A model generated the notes under the pieces. The model saw only the letters and a program-made list of their open reading frames with translations. It was not told where the DNA came from and did no database searches. The position numbers and the translations under genes are program-made. This document shows positions 9,393-18,800 of a stretch of 64,000 nt of DNA, piece after piece (the stretch's first letter is position 1; each line of letters opens with the position of its first letter). Origin of the DNA: an uncultured delta proteobacterium (GTDB lineage: Bacteria; Desulfobacterota; Desulfobacteria; Desulfobacterales; Desulfosalsimonadaceae). The stretch lies in contig CAWGYD010000006.1 in NCBI GenBank assembly GCA_963826785.1, forward strand, positions 608,001 through 672,000. The letters are read 5' to 3'.

Positions 9393-10112
9393 ATGATTGA
9401 ACTGAAAAACGTGGTCAAACGCTACCCGACGGTGAAGCACCCGGACCGATTCGAGCAGGGTCACCGGCGCCGCACAAATGCGGTTGAGGGGATCAGCCTG
9501 AACATTGAAAGAAACGGGACCACTCTGATTGTGGGGGCAAACGGTGCCGGCAAAACGACGCTTTTGAGCATCATCGGCGGGATGACCCGGCCCACGAGCG
9601 GACGGGTCATCATTGCTGGCAGGGACATCTCCAGTCTCCCGGAACATTTTTTATCCGATATCCGCAAAACGCATTTCGGGTTTGTCTTTCAGAACAATCA
9701 ACTGATCCATGGGATTTCGGTCATTGAAAACATCATGGTTCCGGCATACACGTCGGGCCGAAAGCCGGCCCACCTGAAACAGCAGGCCATGGCGATCCTT
9801 GAGAAGTTCAACATCGGATTTCTGGCAAACCAGAAGATCGAAAACATTTCCGGCGGAGAGCAGCAGCGGGTGGCCATCGCCCGGGCGCTGATCAATGATC
9901 CGGAAATCATTGTTGCCGATGAGCCCACGGCCCACCTGCATCCGGATTTGACCGCTATGTTTTTGAAAACGGTTGCCGACCTGATCCGTGAAGGAAAAAC
10001 CGTCATTATCAGCAGCCATGATGCCCAGCTGGCAAATTCAGCAATCATCGAGCGGGTCATCGAACTGGCGGAAGGGAAAGTGGCCCGCGATGTGCAAATT
10101 TTGCCGAATTGA
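9393..10112 (+). CDS. ABC transporter ATP-binding protein (LolD/MacB-like)
   Basis: GANGAGKT, ISGGEQQR, IVADEPT, SHD. Confidence 0.95.
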   Translation: MIELKNVVKRYPTVKHPDRFEQGHRRRTNAVEGISLNIERNGTTLIVGANGAGKTTLLSIIGGMTRPTSGRVIIAGRDISSLPEHFLSDIRKTHFGFVFQNNQLIHGISVIENIMVPAYTSGRKPAHLKQQAMAILEKFNIGFLANQKIENISGGEQQRVAIARALINDPEIIVADEPTAHLHPDLTAMFLKTVADLIREGKTVIISSHDAQLANSAIIERVIELAEGKVARDVQILPN

Positions 10113-10122
10113 GGCAGAATGA

Positions 10123-11118
10123 ATGATTACTGATCCGGCCATCATCGGGCTGATGTTTACGGCCATTACCGGCGCCTGTTTTTTGATATACGCATCGGGC
10201 ATCGGCGTTCGGATCATCATCGGCTGGGACATGAAAAACGGGGATGAACGGCAGCTCCTTCTGGAGCGGAAAACCTGCCTCATTTCCGTGATCCTGTATT
10301 ATGTGATGCTCTGCGAATTTCTTTCCCTGTTCCTGTTTGTCTTTATTGCCGAAGACATCCATTCCCTGTTTATCGGCGCCATGTGCGCGGCCGGAACTTT
10401 AAATGTCAATGGGTTCGGATGGCCCGGATTGTTAATCAAGCTGATCAATCTCGTGTTGTGCGGCATCTGGCTGATCACAAATTATGTGGATAACAGAGGC
10501 TATGATTACCCGCTGATTCGGTTCAAATACAAATTTTTGTTGATCATCACCCTGCTGGTGGTCTGTGAAACCGCTTTGCTGTTTAGCTATTTTACCCGGC
10601 TTTCGCCCGAGATTATCACCTCCTGCTGCGGCACGCTGTTCAACGAAGACGCCCGAAGCGTTGCCGGACAGATTGTCTCGCTTCCAATGATTGAAACCAG
10701 CACGATATTTTACCTTTTGGTGGCGCTGACCGCTGGCACGGGCATTTATTTCTGCAGGACCGAAAAACTGGCCGGTGTATTCTCCGGGTTGAGCATCATG
10801 GTGCTGCCCGTCGGCCTGGCATCGATTCTATCGTTTATCTCGGTCTATTTTTATCAGCAGCCCACCCACCACTGCCCGTTTTGCCTTCTGAAAAAAGAAT
10901 ACCATCATGTGGGGTACATTCTTTATCTGGCATTATTTACCGGGGGCGTGGCGGGTGCCGGGACCGGCATCATCGATCGTTTTAAAACCCATGTCTCCAT
11001 TGAAAAAGTCGTGCCGAAGATCCAGAAACAGTTGTGCCGCGTTTCCCTTATCGGGTACGGCCTGTTTGTGGGGATATCCGCCTGCCCCATCCTGTTTTCC
11101 GATTTTATGCTCCGATGA
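10123..11118 (+). CDS. Polytopic membrane protein with Cys/His motifs
   Basis: About 8 TMs; GAMCAAG, ITSCCG, PTHHCPFC. Confidence 0.75.
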   Translation: MITDPAIIGLMFTAITGACFLIYASGIGVRIIIGWDMKNGDERQLLLERKTCLISVILYYVMLCEFLSLFLFVFIAEDIHSLFIGAMCAAGTLNVNGFGWPGLLIKLINLVLCGIWLITNYVDNRGYDYPLIRFKYKFLLIITLLVVCETALLFSYFTRLSPEIITSCCGTLFNEDARSVAGQIVSLPMIETSTIFYLLVALTAGTGIYFCRTEKLAGVFSGLSIMVLPVGLASILSFISVYFYQQPTHHCPFCLLKKEYHHVGYILYLALFTGGVAGAGTGIIDRFKTHVSIEKVVPKIQKQLCRVSLIGYGLFVGISACPILFSDFMLR

Positions 11119-11382
11119 TCGATTGCCCGGATTCAGGGGGGTTTCCGCAAGGGAGACCTTTCGGATGGAACGGGGCCGGCCTGCCGCCGGAACGGCCGGG
11201 CCGTTATCCCGATGATAAAACTTGTTCCACAACCCCGCGCATACGGCCAAGCCGCCTGCGCCGACGCATCCAAAACAGGAGAAGCAGTTTCCGCCGCCGC
11301 ACTGCAGCACCTGAATCGCCCCCATGAACAGGGCGGCGATAAACACCTTCGCCTGAACGCCGCTACATTCTTTCTTTTTCAA
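10933..11382 (-). CDS. Possible small Cys-rich membrane peptide (3' end uncertain)
   Basis: GGAGG RBS then TTG AAA AAG; CGGGNCFSCFGCVGAGG motif; tail overlaps the convergent gene. Confidence 0.35.
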   Translation of the reverse strand: MKKKECSGVQAKVFIAALFMGAIQVLQCGGGNCFSCFGCVGAGGLAVCAGLWNKFYHRDNGPAVPAAGRPRSIRKVSLAETPLNPGNRSSEHKIGKQDGAGGYPHKQAVPDKGNAAQLFLDLRHDFFNGDMGFKTIDDAGPGTRHAPGK

Positions 11383-12241
11383 ATGCATTCCTCCTGTTTT
11401 CGCGTTGTATAAGCACCTTGCGTGAATATGAAACCGCCCTGCCGGGGCATATGGATTCACAAATGCGGCAGGGCATGCAGGACAGCGGGTCAATCCGGGC
11501 GGTGTCCGTCACCTGGATCGACCAGGTCGGACATACGGATACGCATTTTCCGCATCCACTGCACTTGTCCGCGCACACATGAACCCGTTTTCCGAATGTG
11601 ATGCCAAGTCTGTTGGATAGCGCATCCAGGGCGCCGATGGGGCAGATCAGGTTGCAATAGGCCCTTCCGCCCTTTGCCAGAAAGCCCATCAGCAGCACCA
11701 GGCCAAGGTTCAGCAGTCCTGCGGTTCTGAAGAAATAGGCCAGGTCTGCCGGCGAGAACACGGCGCCCAGCATTCGTGGAAGCGTCGCAAAATTGCAATA
11801 GCTGCAGCAGAGACTGCCGATGCCGAGCGCGGATGCCAGAAAATAGACGGACAGGTATCCGTATCTAAATGACGGGGCCGGAATCCTGGAATAATCAATT
11901 TTCAGGCGTTCGGGCGCGATTTTGCTGCCCAACTCCATGCCGGCGCCCACCGGGCAAAGGTGGCTGCACCAGTATCGACCGAAAAAAAACGTGGAAACCA
12001 GGACCCCGGATACCAATGCCACGCCCATATAGCTTCTCAAAAACCCTGAAAAATATGTTTCCGCCGACATGCCGCTTCGCCACACAAAAAACATCCGGGG
12101 GCACCACGTACCGCAAAAATTGCTGTCGCCGGTGAACTGAAACAGAAATGAAAGCGGCGGCATGAACAGCACTATCGCCGCTGCCATAAACCAGTAGCGG
12201 TTCCGGGCAATAAAAGATCGGTTATTCGGGATGCCAGCCAT
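11363..12241 (-). CDS. NapH/MauN-like 4Fe-4S membrane protein
   Basis: FCGTWCP, WCSHLCP, YCNLICP; two CxxCxxCxxxCP motifs. Confidence 0.85.
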   Translation of the reverse strand: MAGIPNNRSFIARNRYWFMAAAIVLFMPPLSFLFQFTGDSNFCGTWCPRMFFVWRSGMSAETYFSGFLRSYMGVALVSGVLVSTFFFGRYWCSHLCPVGAGMELGSKIAPERLKIDYSRIPAPSFRYGYLSVYFLASALGIGSLCCSYCNFATLPRMLGAVFSPADLAYFFRTAGLLNLGLVLLMGFLAKGGRAYCNLICPIGALDALSNRLGITFGKRVHVCADKCSGCGKCVSVCPTWSIQVTDTARIDPLSCMPCRICESICPGRAVSYSRKVLIQRENRRNAFEKERM

Positions 12242-12842
12242 TTTCTTTCTCCGGGTTCGTAAAAATCAAAGGAACAGTCAAAATCGGTTTACCAGTCGCC
12301 GCATCATAGAAAGCCAGATGGTATCTGCCCTGAATAGAGGGTTTCAGAAAACCGGTCTGGCTATCCGAAGCATTTCCATTTATGAACTTCTTCAGGAAGG
12401 GAAAAATTTCAGAAAAACCGCCGGCAAGTTCTGCCGGCCGGGGGATATTTTCGTCAATGGCACTGCTGGAAGCCGGTTTGATCAGCGTCCATAGCGACAG
12501 CCGGTCTCCGGCTCTCAGGTCGTATAAAATATCTTGCCGCAGTTCGGGGGTCCGGCGAAAACCCATATCAATGACGGGCCTGGAAAGATAAATCTCGTAG
12601 TCCAATTGCGGCGACCCCACCAGTGCAACGCGGGCAGCGCCCTGAAAAGACGGGAGCACGGTTACGGTGGTGATCTGCGAATAATGCCCCTTCCCGCCTT
12701 CCATGACGGCCGGGTGACGGACTGCGCCGCCGGTTGCGGAGATGACGCCGATGGCATGGCCGGAGTCTCCCCACCGGTGGACGGCAAGCAGGCCACTGAC
12801 CAGGACCGCCAGTGAAAAATAGACAAGGTTTTTCAGCTTCAT
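12222..12842 (-). CDS. Hypothetical exported protein
   Basis: N-terminal hydrophobic segment; tightly coupled between the TonB receptor and the Fe-S protein. Confidence 0.6.
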   Translation of the reverse strand: MKLKNLVYFSLAVLVSGLLAVHRWGDSGHAIGVISATGGAVRHPAVMEGGKGHYSQITTVTVLPSFQGAARVALVGSPQLDYEIYLSRPVIDMGFRRTPELRQDILYDLRAGDRLSLWTLIKPASSSAIDENIPRPAELAGGFSEIFPFLKKFINGNASDSQTGFLKPSIQGRYHLAFYDAATGKPILTVPLIFTNPEKENGWHPE

Positions 12843-12853
12843 TTTGCCCCCTT

Positions 12854-15022
12854 TCAGAATCGGTACGTCAACCGGATCATGAAATTTCGCGGGGCCGCGG
12901 GACAGTATCGGACCACGCCGCTGGTGTCCTTTTCCACCTCGACCGCGTAGTGCCGGTCAAAAACGTTTTCCACGATGACGGCCGCCTCATAGGTGTTCTT
13001 TTCATATCCAACCATCGCATGGGTGATGAAATCATAGCCCTTGTATTTTTCTGTATTGGCGTTGTCGATGTAATAGGATCCCCAGGACAGCGTCTGCAGC
13101 CGGACCCGGAAACCGCTGGGATGCCGGTAGGCCGAAAACAGGGAATATTGATGTTCCGGGATAAAGGGGAGCGTATTGCCGCTGCGGTCCACATTGAGGG
13201 TGGCGTTTTCCATCCGCACCGGCTCCGAGAATTCGTCAAATGTGTAATCGGTATAGCTGTAGGTCAGGCCGGTCTGAAGCTCCGGGGTCACAAAAAAAGA
13301 CCCGGACCATTCGAATCCGATCTTGTCGGTTCTGCCGGCATTCACGTAGGCTTTGTAGCCATCCTGCTGAACCACCTGGATGACTTCATGTTCAACCGGC
13401 AGGTAGTAAACCGCCGCATCCATCACCCAGCGCAGGCGATCGGCCTTAAGGCCGAGTTCATAATTTCTGACCGTAACCAGGTCCAGGTCCGGATTTTCCG
13501 TCAACTCCCCTTCCGTCGGGGTTTGAAATCCCTGTGAAAAATTGCCGTAAAAATTGATGACTTCATTGAACTTGAACAGTATCCCCAGGCGGGGGCTGAA
13601 CGAATTGAACGTTTTGTCGATGTCTTCCATGTCAGAGGCCGGGACATATTGCCCCCTGGCCCAGTCATAGGTTTCCGTTCGGCTGCCGGAGATATCAAAG
13701 CAGGTTTCATCAAAGCGGAGTCCCGCATCGATGATCCATCGAGGCGATGGCCGAAATGATTCCTGGGCATAAATGCCGTACAACACAACATTTCGATCCT
13801 GGGTTTCAATTTTTTCCCCTTTTTCATCCGACAAAACTTTTGCAATCCGGTTTCCCGGGCCGGTGATAAAATCCCGGTACTTGAAATAATCGGTATCCTG
13901 GTCGTCCATCCGGGAAGTGACCCCGAACGACAGCGTGCCGTCCATCCCGGATATGCTGTGCACCTGATTGACCTGGATATCCGTTCCCCAGGTAATCGTG
14001 TCGGCTACATTTATCCGTCCGGTGATGGGATGATCATGGGACCAGAAGTTGCCGTACAGCAGGGGCGATATCGTAAATTGACCGATATCTGCTGATAATC
14101 TGGAATTGAAAAAAAAGATTTCCGAATACCGTCCGGAAAACTGCCACGGCCCATCGGTTTGCCTGGCGCGCCCGGTCTTTTTGTATTTATCGAACATCTC
14201 CGGGTCGAGTTTTCCGGGCAGCTGAATGCGCGCATCCGTATAACCGAAAAAATTCTCCCAGCGGGTGCCACTCTCCGACCCCGCCGCTGTCTGCACAGAT
14301 CCCTGGTTGATCTCAAATTTATTCCAGCGCCGCCAGGAGTTGCTGGCCTCTCTTCGGCTGCCGCTCAAGGTATAATAAAGAGACTCCCTGGCGTTATCTG
14401 AATAAGACAAGTGATAATTTCGGGTATCATAATCCCCTGCGCCGATTTCGGCGATTCCCCCTTTCATCTCAAAAGGACTCTTGGGGATGATATTGATCAC
14501 CCCGCCGGCCGCGTTTGCTCCCCATAGTGTTGAATTGGGCCCTTTGACCACTTCCACCTGTTTGATCAATTGCGTATCGATAAAATCAAGCCGGGTGAGA
14601 CTGTCGGGATCCGTAATGGGGACGCCGTCGAAAAGGACCATGATGTCCCGGACGCCGTAATTGGCTTTCAAGCCGGCCCCCCGGATGAGAATGCGCGAAT
14701 CATACCCCTGATTTTCGGATTCGATGAGCACCCCCGGCATGCCGGCAAGGATCTCTTTGATGTTAAACATTTTCGAATCCCGTATTTTATCCTCATCTGC
14801 GACTTCCATACTGGCGGGCACCTCGGATTGAGGCCTTTCCATGCGTGTGGCGGTTACAACGATCGGCGAAAGTTTATACACCATCGATCCGGATTCATCT
14901 TCAGAGGCAAAGACTTCCGGTGATTGGAATATGAAGGGGGTTAAGGTGGCAATGAATACGAAAATCAATATAAGGGGATGAAGTTTAAATATTCGAAACC
15001 AATTGATAACGCCCAAGTTCAA
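12854..15022 (-). CDS. TonB-dependent receptor
   Basis: IVVTATR, IRG, VEVVKGPNSTLWGANAAGGVINII plug; C-terminal PRNFMIRLTYRF. Confidence 0.95.
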   Translation of the reverse strand: MNLGVINWFRIFKLHPLILIFVFIATLTPFIFQSPEVFASEDESGSMVYKLSPIVVTATRMERPQSEVPASMEVADEDKIRDSKMFNIKEILAGMPGVLIESENQGYDSRILIRGAGLKANYGVRDIMVLFDGVPITDPDSLTRLDFIDTQLIKQVEVVKGPNSTLWGANAAGGVINIIPKSPFEMKGGIAEIGAGDYDTRNYHLSYSDNARESLYYTLSGSRREASNSWRRWNKFEINQGSVQTAAGSESGTRWENFFGYTDARIQLPGKLDPEMFDKYKKTGRARQTDGPWQFSGRYSEIFFFNSRLSADIGQFTISPLLYGNFWSHDHPITGRINVADTITWGTDIQVNQVHSISGMDGTLSFGVTSRMDDQDTDYFKYRDFITGPGNRIAKVLSDEKGEKIETQDRNVVLYGIYAQESFRPSPRWIIDAGLRFDETCFDISGSRTETYDWARGQYVPASDMEDIDKTFNSFSPRLGILFKFNEVINFYGNFSQGFQTPTEGELTENPDLDLVTVRNYELGLKADRLRWVMDAAVYYLPVEHEVIQVVQQDGYKAYVNAGRTDKIGFEWSGSFFVTPELQTGLTYSYTDYTFDEFSEPVRMENATLNVDRSGNTLPFIPEHQYSLFSAYRHPSGFRVRLQTLSWGSYYIDNANTEKYKGYDFITHAMVGYEKNTYEAAVIVENVFDRHYAVEVEKDTSGVVRYCPAAPRNFMIRLTYRF

Positions 15023-15102
15023 TATTTTCCCTCCAGGTCCTGATCCGTTCGCCCGTCCGCATTTGAAGCTTTTTATCTAAAAGCTATTCTAATTCTGAAT
15101 AG

Positions 15103-15118
15103 TGCAAATTGCGAACCA
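15103..15118 (-). promoter_or_regulatory. Putative sigma54 promoter of the TonB receptor operon
   Basis: Minus strand TGGTTC-GCAAT-TTGCA with correct GG-N10-GC spacing. Confidence 0.65.
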
Positions 15119-15227
15119 AACGTCATCCTCAATGATTTGAATTTGCCGGACCTGCGTCTGGGCCATTTTTAATAAAGATTCGCTACAACGTTCGAATGTT
15201 CATCCTCCCATTGGATCTGAAATCGTT

Positions 15228-15273
15228 TGTGTCATGGCACATTTTCCGCTGGCATATTCTGTGCCATGGCACA
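15228..15273. promoter_or_regulatory. Tandem palindromic operator pair (UAS) in divergent promoter region
   Basis: TGTGTCATGGCACA (15228-15241) and perfect palindrome TGTGCCATGGCACA (15260-15273), starts 32 bp apart. Confidence 0.8.
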
Positions 15274-15382
15274 TATGCGCAGTTGGTTGAATCAAATCCC
15301 TTTTCTGCCTGACTTCAAAAAACAAGTTGTATTTGTTCAGGTTCTTTTTGCCGTGAAGTTCTTCAAAACCGCTTTCCGGTAA

Positions 15383-15398
15383 TGGCATGGATCTTGGA
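15383..15398 (+). promoter_or_regulatory. Putative sigma54 promoter with non-canonical -12
   Basis: TGGCAT-GGATC-TTGGA, 123 bp after the start of the second palindrome. Confidence 0.55.
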
Positions 15399-15418
15399 AT
15401 ATTTGGATCGGGCAAAAC

Positions 15419-15688
15419 TTGAATTCGTTTGTTTCCGAGCTGTCTTCCTTTTTCCCAAAAAGCTGGAAATTACTTCTGATGATAGAAATTAATTACTGGG
15501 GCGCAAATGGGACGAACCGTCCTGATGAAAAACCATTATGCCCGATCCTGAACAGTCCTGCAGCGGATTGCTACTGCAGCAACATGCGCCAGAATATTCT
15601 GCTTATTCTGCGTTTCTGCGTCAGCAATTTCGGAGACTGCAACATATACAAACGGATTCAGTCAAAGGTGGATAAACCTCATCTGTAA
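15419..15688 (+). CDS. Small Cys-rich hypothetical protein (true start probably later)
   Basis: LCPIL..P..DCYC..M...FC...F.DCNIY. Confidence 0.45.
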   Translation: MNSFVSELSSFFPKSWKLLLMIEINYWGANGTNRPDEKPLCPILNSPAADCYCSNMRQNILLILRFCVSNFGDCNIYKRIQSKVDKPHL

Positions 15689-15824
15689 AGGAGGTGGTCA
15701 ATATCCAAAAGATAAAAATTTAGATTAATTGGACGTCTATTTTAGAAAGAGACCCGTCAGATCTGAATATCAAAAAAAGCGGGATCAGGATCGGTCTTCT
15801 ATCCGACCATAAAAAAAGGAGGTA

Positions 15825-18800
15825 ATGATCATGTTTAAACATAAGCGAAAGCTTGGGTGCGTTTTTTTGCTGATGATGCTGTGCCTGGCTGCCGGACCTG
15901 CAGGCGCCGAAGAGGATCTGTTATGGCCGGTCAAGAGCGATCTGGTCTGCAAAAATTGGAGCCTTGATGAGGCTCGGTCATGGGTGAAAGTCGGGGACGT
16001 GAAGATCTGGAATACCGACACAGACTTAAACGTGCAGGTCACAGCGATTGAAAACTTCAAAATTGCGACAATTCAAATCCATGTGGCAATGAACGATACC
16101 GACGAGTTCGTTCCCATTTTAAACAAGAAAAGTAAACCGATCCCTGGAAAATTTATCTATAAAACGGAATACCCGGGATTGACAGATGAACACAGCCTGA
16201 TCCTGCCGATTTCAGATCTCGATGTGTGCTGGGGAATGCCTGAAAAATGCCCCCTCAATCGCTACATTATCATCCACGCCGAGCTGGTGAAGTACGACGA
16301 GACGACCGGGAAATACGAGAATATCGGAGAGGGCGCCTATGGGCTTGGAAACAAAACATTCAGCCGGGTAGTTAAGGGCGATACCAACTTGGAAGGTACG
16401 GATTGGGGGTATTATTACGAGTATCCGCTGGCCAAGGTCGAGCCGGGGCATTTCATCGATGCCAATGTAAACGGTCTGGCATTCCTGACGCCCACCCAAT
16501 CCGGGACGACGGGTGATAATGGGCAATTCCGGTTCATCCCCGGGGAGCGCGTCTATTTTTTTGTGGGCAGTCTGAACCTGGGCGATGCCCTGGCGGACCG
16601 TTCGGTATCGCCGGCCGACCTTTTCGCGGGGGCCGATATGGACGACAACCGGGTCATCAACATGGCCTGGCTGCTGCAAAGTCTGGATGCGGACGGAATG
16701 GCCGGCCAGGGGGCGATTAACATCACCCAGGAGGTGGTCGCCTGTCTGGAGGACGCGCTGGAAGGCCTTCCCCCATTGCCGGATAATCCTGCTGAGTTCT
16801 TTACGGACGAGACCGCAGTCGGCGCCCTGATCCAGGCAACGCAGGCTTCCTGCAGCGCCCTGGTCCCCATTACACGGGAGGAAGCCTGGGAAAATCTCAG
16901 TTCCGGCCAGAAGGCCGCAAATTTGATGAAAAAAAACGTCTCCAAAAACCCCGATATGAAAAGCGACAAGGCCAAGATCGAAATCATGCCGGTCTACGTC
17001 CCCGCCCAGCGTTCGGATAATACCCCCACCACGGTGGTCTACCATGATGCGGACGGCAATGTGATCGAAGAGCGAAACGTCGCCAAGCCGGTCGTGGTCG
17101 CCTATATCGAAGAGGTCGAGGGCACCGGCGCATCGGACGTGTTCGTTGCCGTCTCGCGTGATGACGGTGACACCTGGAAGCGCAGGAATATTTCCAGGAC
17201 TGCGGATAAATCCTCCAAGGCCGGTTGCCCGGGGGACTCCCAGAAACCGATGTTGAACGTCAAAGACAACAAGATTCTCGTGGCGTGGACGGACAAGTTC
17301 TGCAGGGGCGGGCGCCCCCGGTACGCGATTACCGTCTGCCCGGACTTGGATGAGGATGGCTCACCCGATGAGAGCTGCGAGATTTGCCAGCTGACCAGTG
17401 AAGGTGAAATGTGCAGAATCGATTATTCCGACGACGATGCCTTCTACCAGGAAGATCTCTACGGCGCTTCAGGCCCCCAGCGCTCGGTGATTTACGAGGA
17501 ATATCCCGAAAAGGGCGAGGTCGCTTACAGCTGCGTCTGGGCGGCCCGGGGGATTATCGACCCTGATACTGGCGAGATCATGTGGTTCAAACCCGAGCGG
17601 CTCACCTCCGGCCGGCGCGACGCATTTCAGCTCAATTCCGCTGCGGCCGATGATGCCGGCTTCGCGCTGGTCTGGCAGGAGGACCCCAAGGGGCTGGTGC
17701 CGGGGGAAGGCGACGGCCCGGGCGAGGGATGGAGCGGTGCGAATACGCACAGCAAGTCCGATATCTGGTACAGTTTTATCAAATGGGATGATTTCGACCG
17801 GGTCTCGGAAAGCTATGACCCTCTCGACAACAGCGCGAACATCGTGGATCGGGATCCGGATGTCATCGGCAGGCTCAACGCCCTCGTTCCCATGTCGATT
17901 CCGGTAAAAATTACCGACAATGACGTCTGCAGCCTGGAGAACATGGTTCCCGGCGGGGGAAACGGAGAGCATGACTATGATGGGGAAGGCGAAGGCACCC
18001 ACTGCTACTGTGGTGATGTCGAAGCCATCGGCACGGCCGAGTCACCGGGTTCAAATCCGCTGTGCGCATACACCGTTCCTGTCACCAATCCCAAGGGCGA
18101 AGTTCACAACGTCTGTGTGACCACCGACGGCCGTCTGCTGGACGGTGATACCGGCGCATCCCGCCCCAATCTTTTCCTGCAGCCCTACATGAAGCCGGAC
18201 GGCAGCAAGAGTGCCTGGGCCATCCTCGGCTATGAGGAAAGCAAAGGCGTTGGCATACCGCCGGAGGGCGAACACGATGATGACCATGAGACTGCTGATG
18301 GAATCTCCGTTATCGCGCCGGAAGAGGGAGACGATGGCCGGTACAAGCCGGACGTGGGCAAAAACGTCATCTATCACAGCTTCGAATTCTCTCAGCCGGC
18401 CACGGTGGATGGCGGGGGCATCCTCAACCAGCCGGAGACGGACGCGGACGGCAATCCGGTCTACCTGGTGGACGAGTTTGGCCAACTGCTCCTCGACTGG
18501 AAGGGTAATCCGCAGCTGGCCTATGAAAACGCCCGCCGGGTCCGCTTCCTGGTTCAGCCCAAGTCCAAGGCCGGAGCGTCAAAGACCGTTCTGGTGACGC
18601 TCTACCGCCAGGGGGAAGAAGGCAGCGGGAAGCCCGCGGACATCTTTATGCGCCGTTTGAAGGCCCCTTCCAGCGGCAACCCCTATGCTTTTGGAGGCTT
18701 CCTGCCGGGCGCCCAGAACGTCAGCAGCGTGGAGCCTACCGAGTTGTTTCAGGATCCGTTCGACACGGAGGCGCCCGTCAAGATGCTCCGGTGGGCATGG

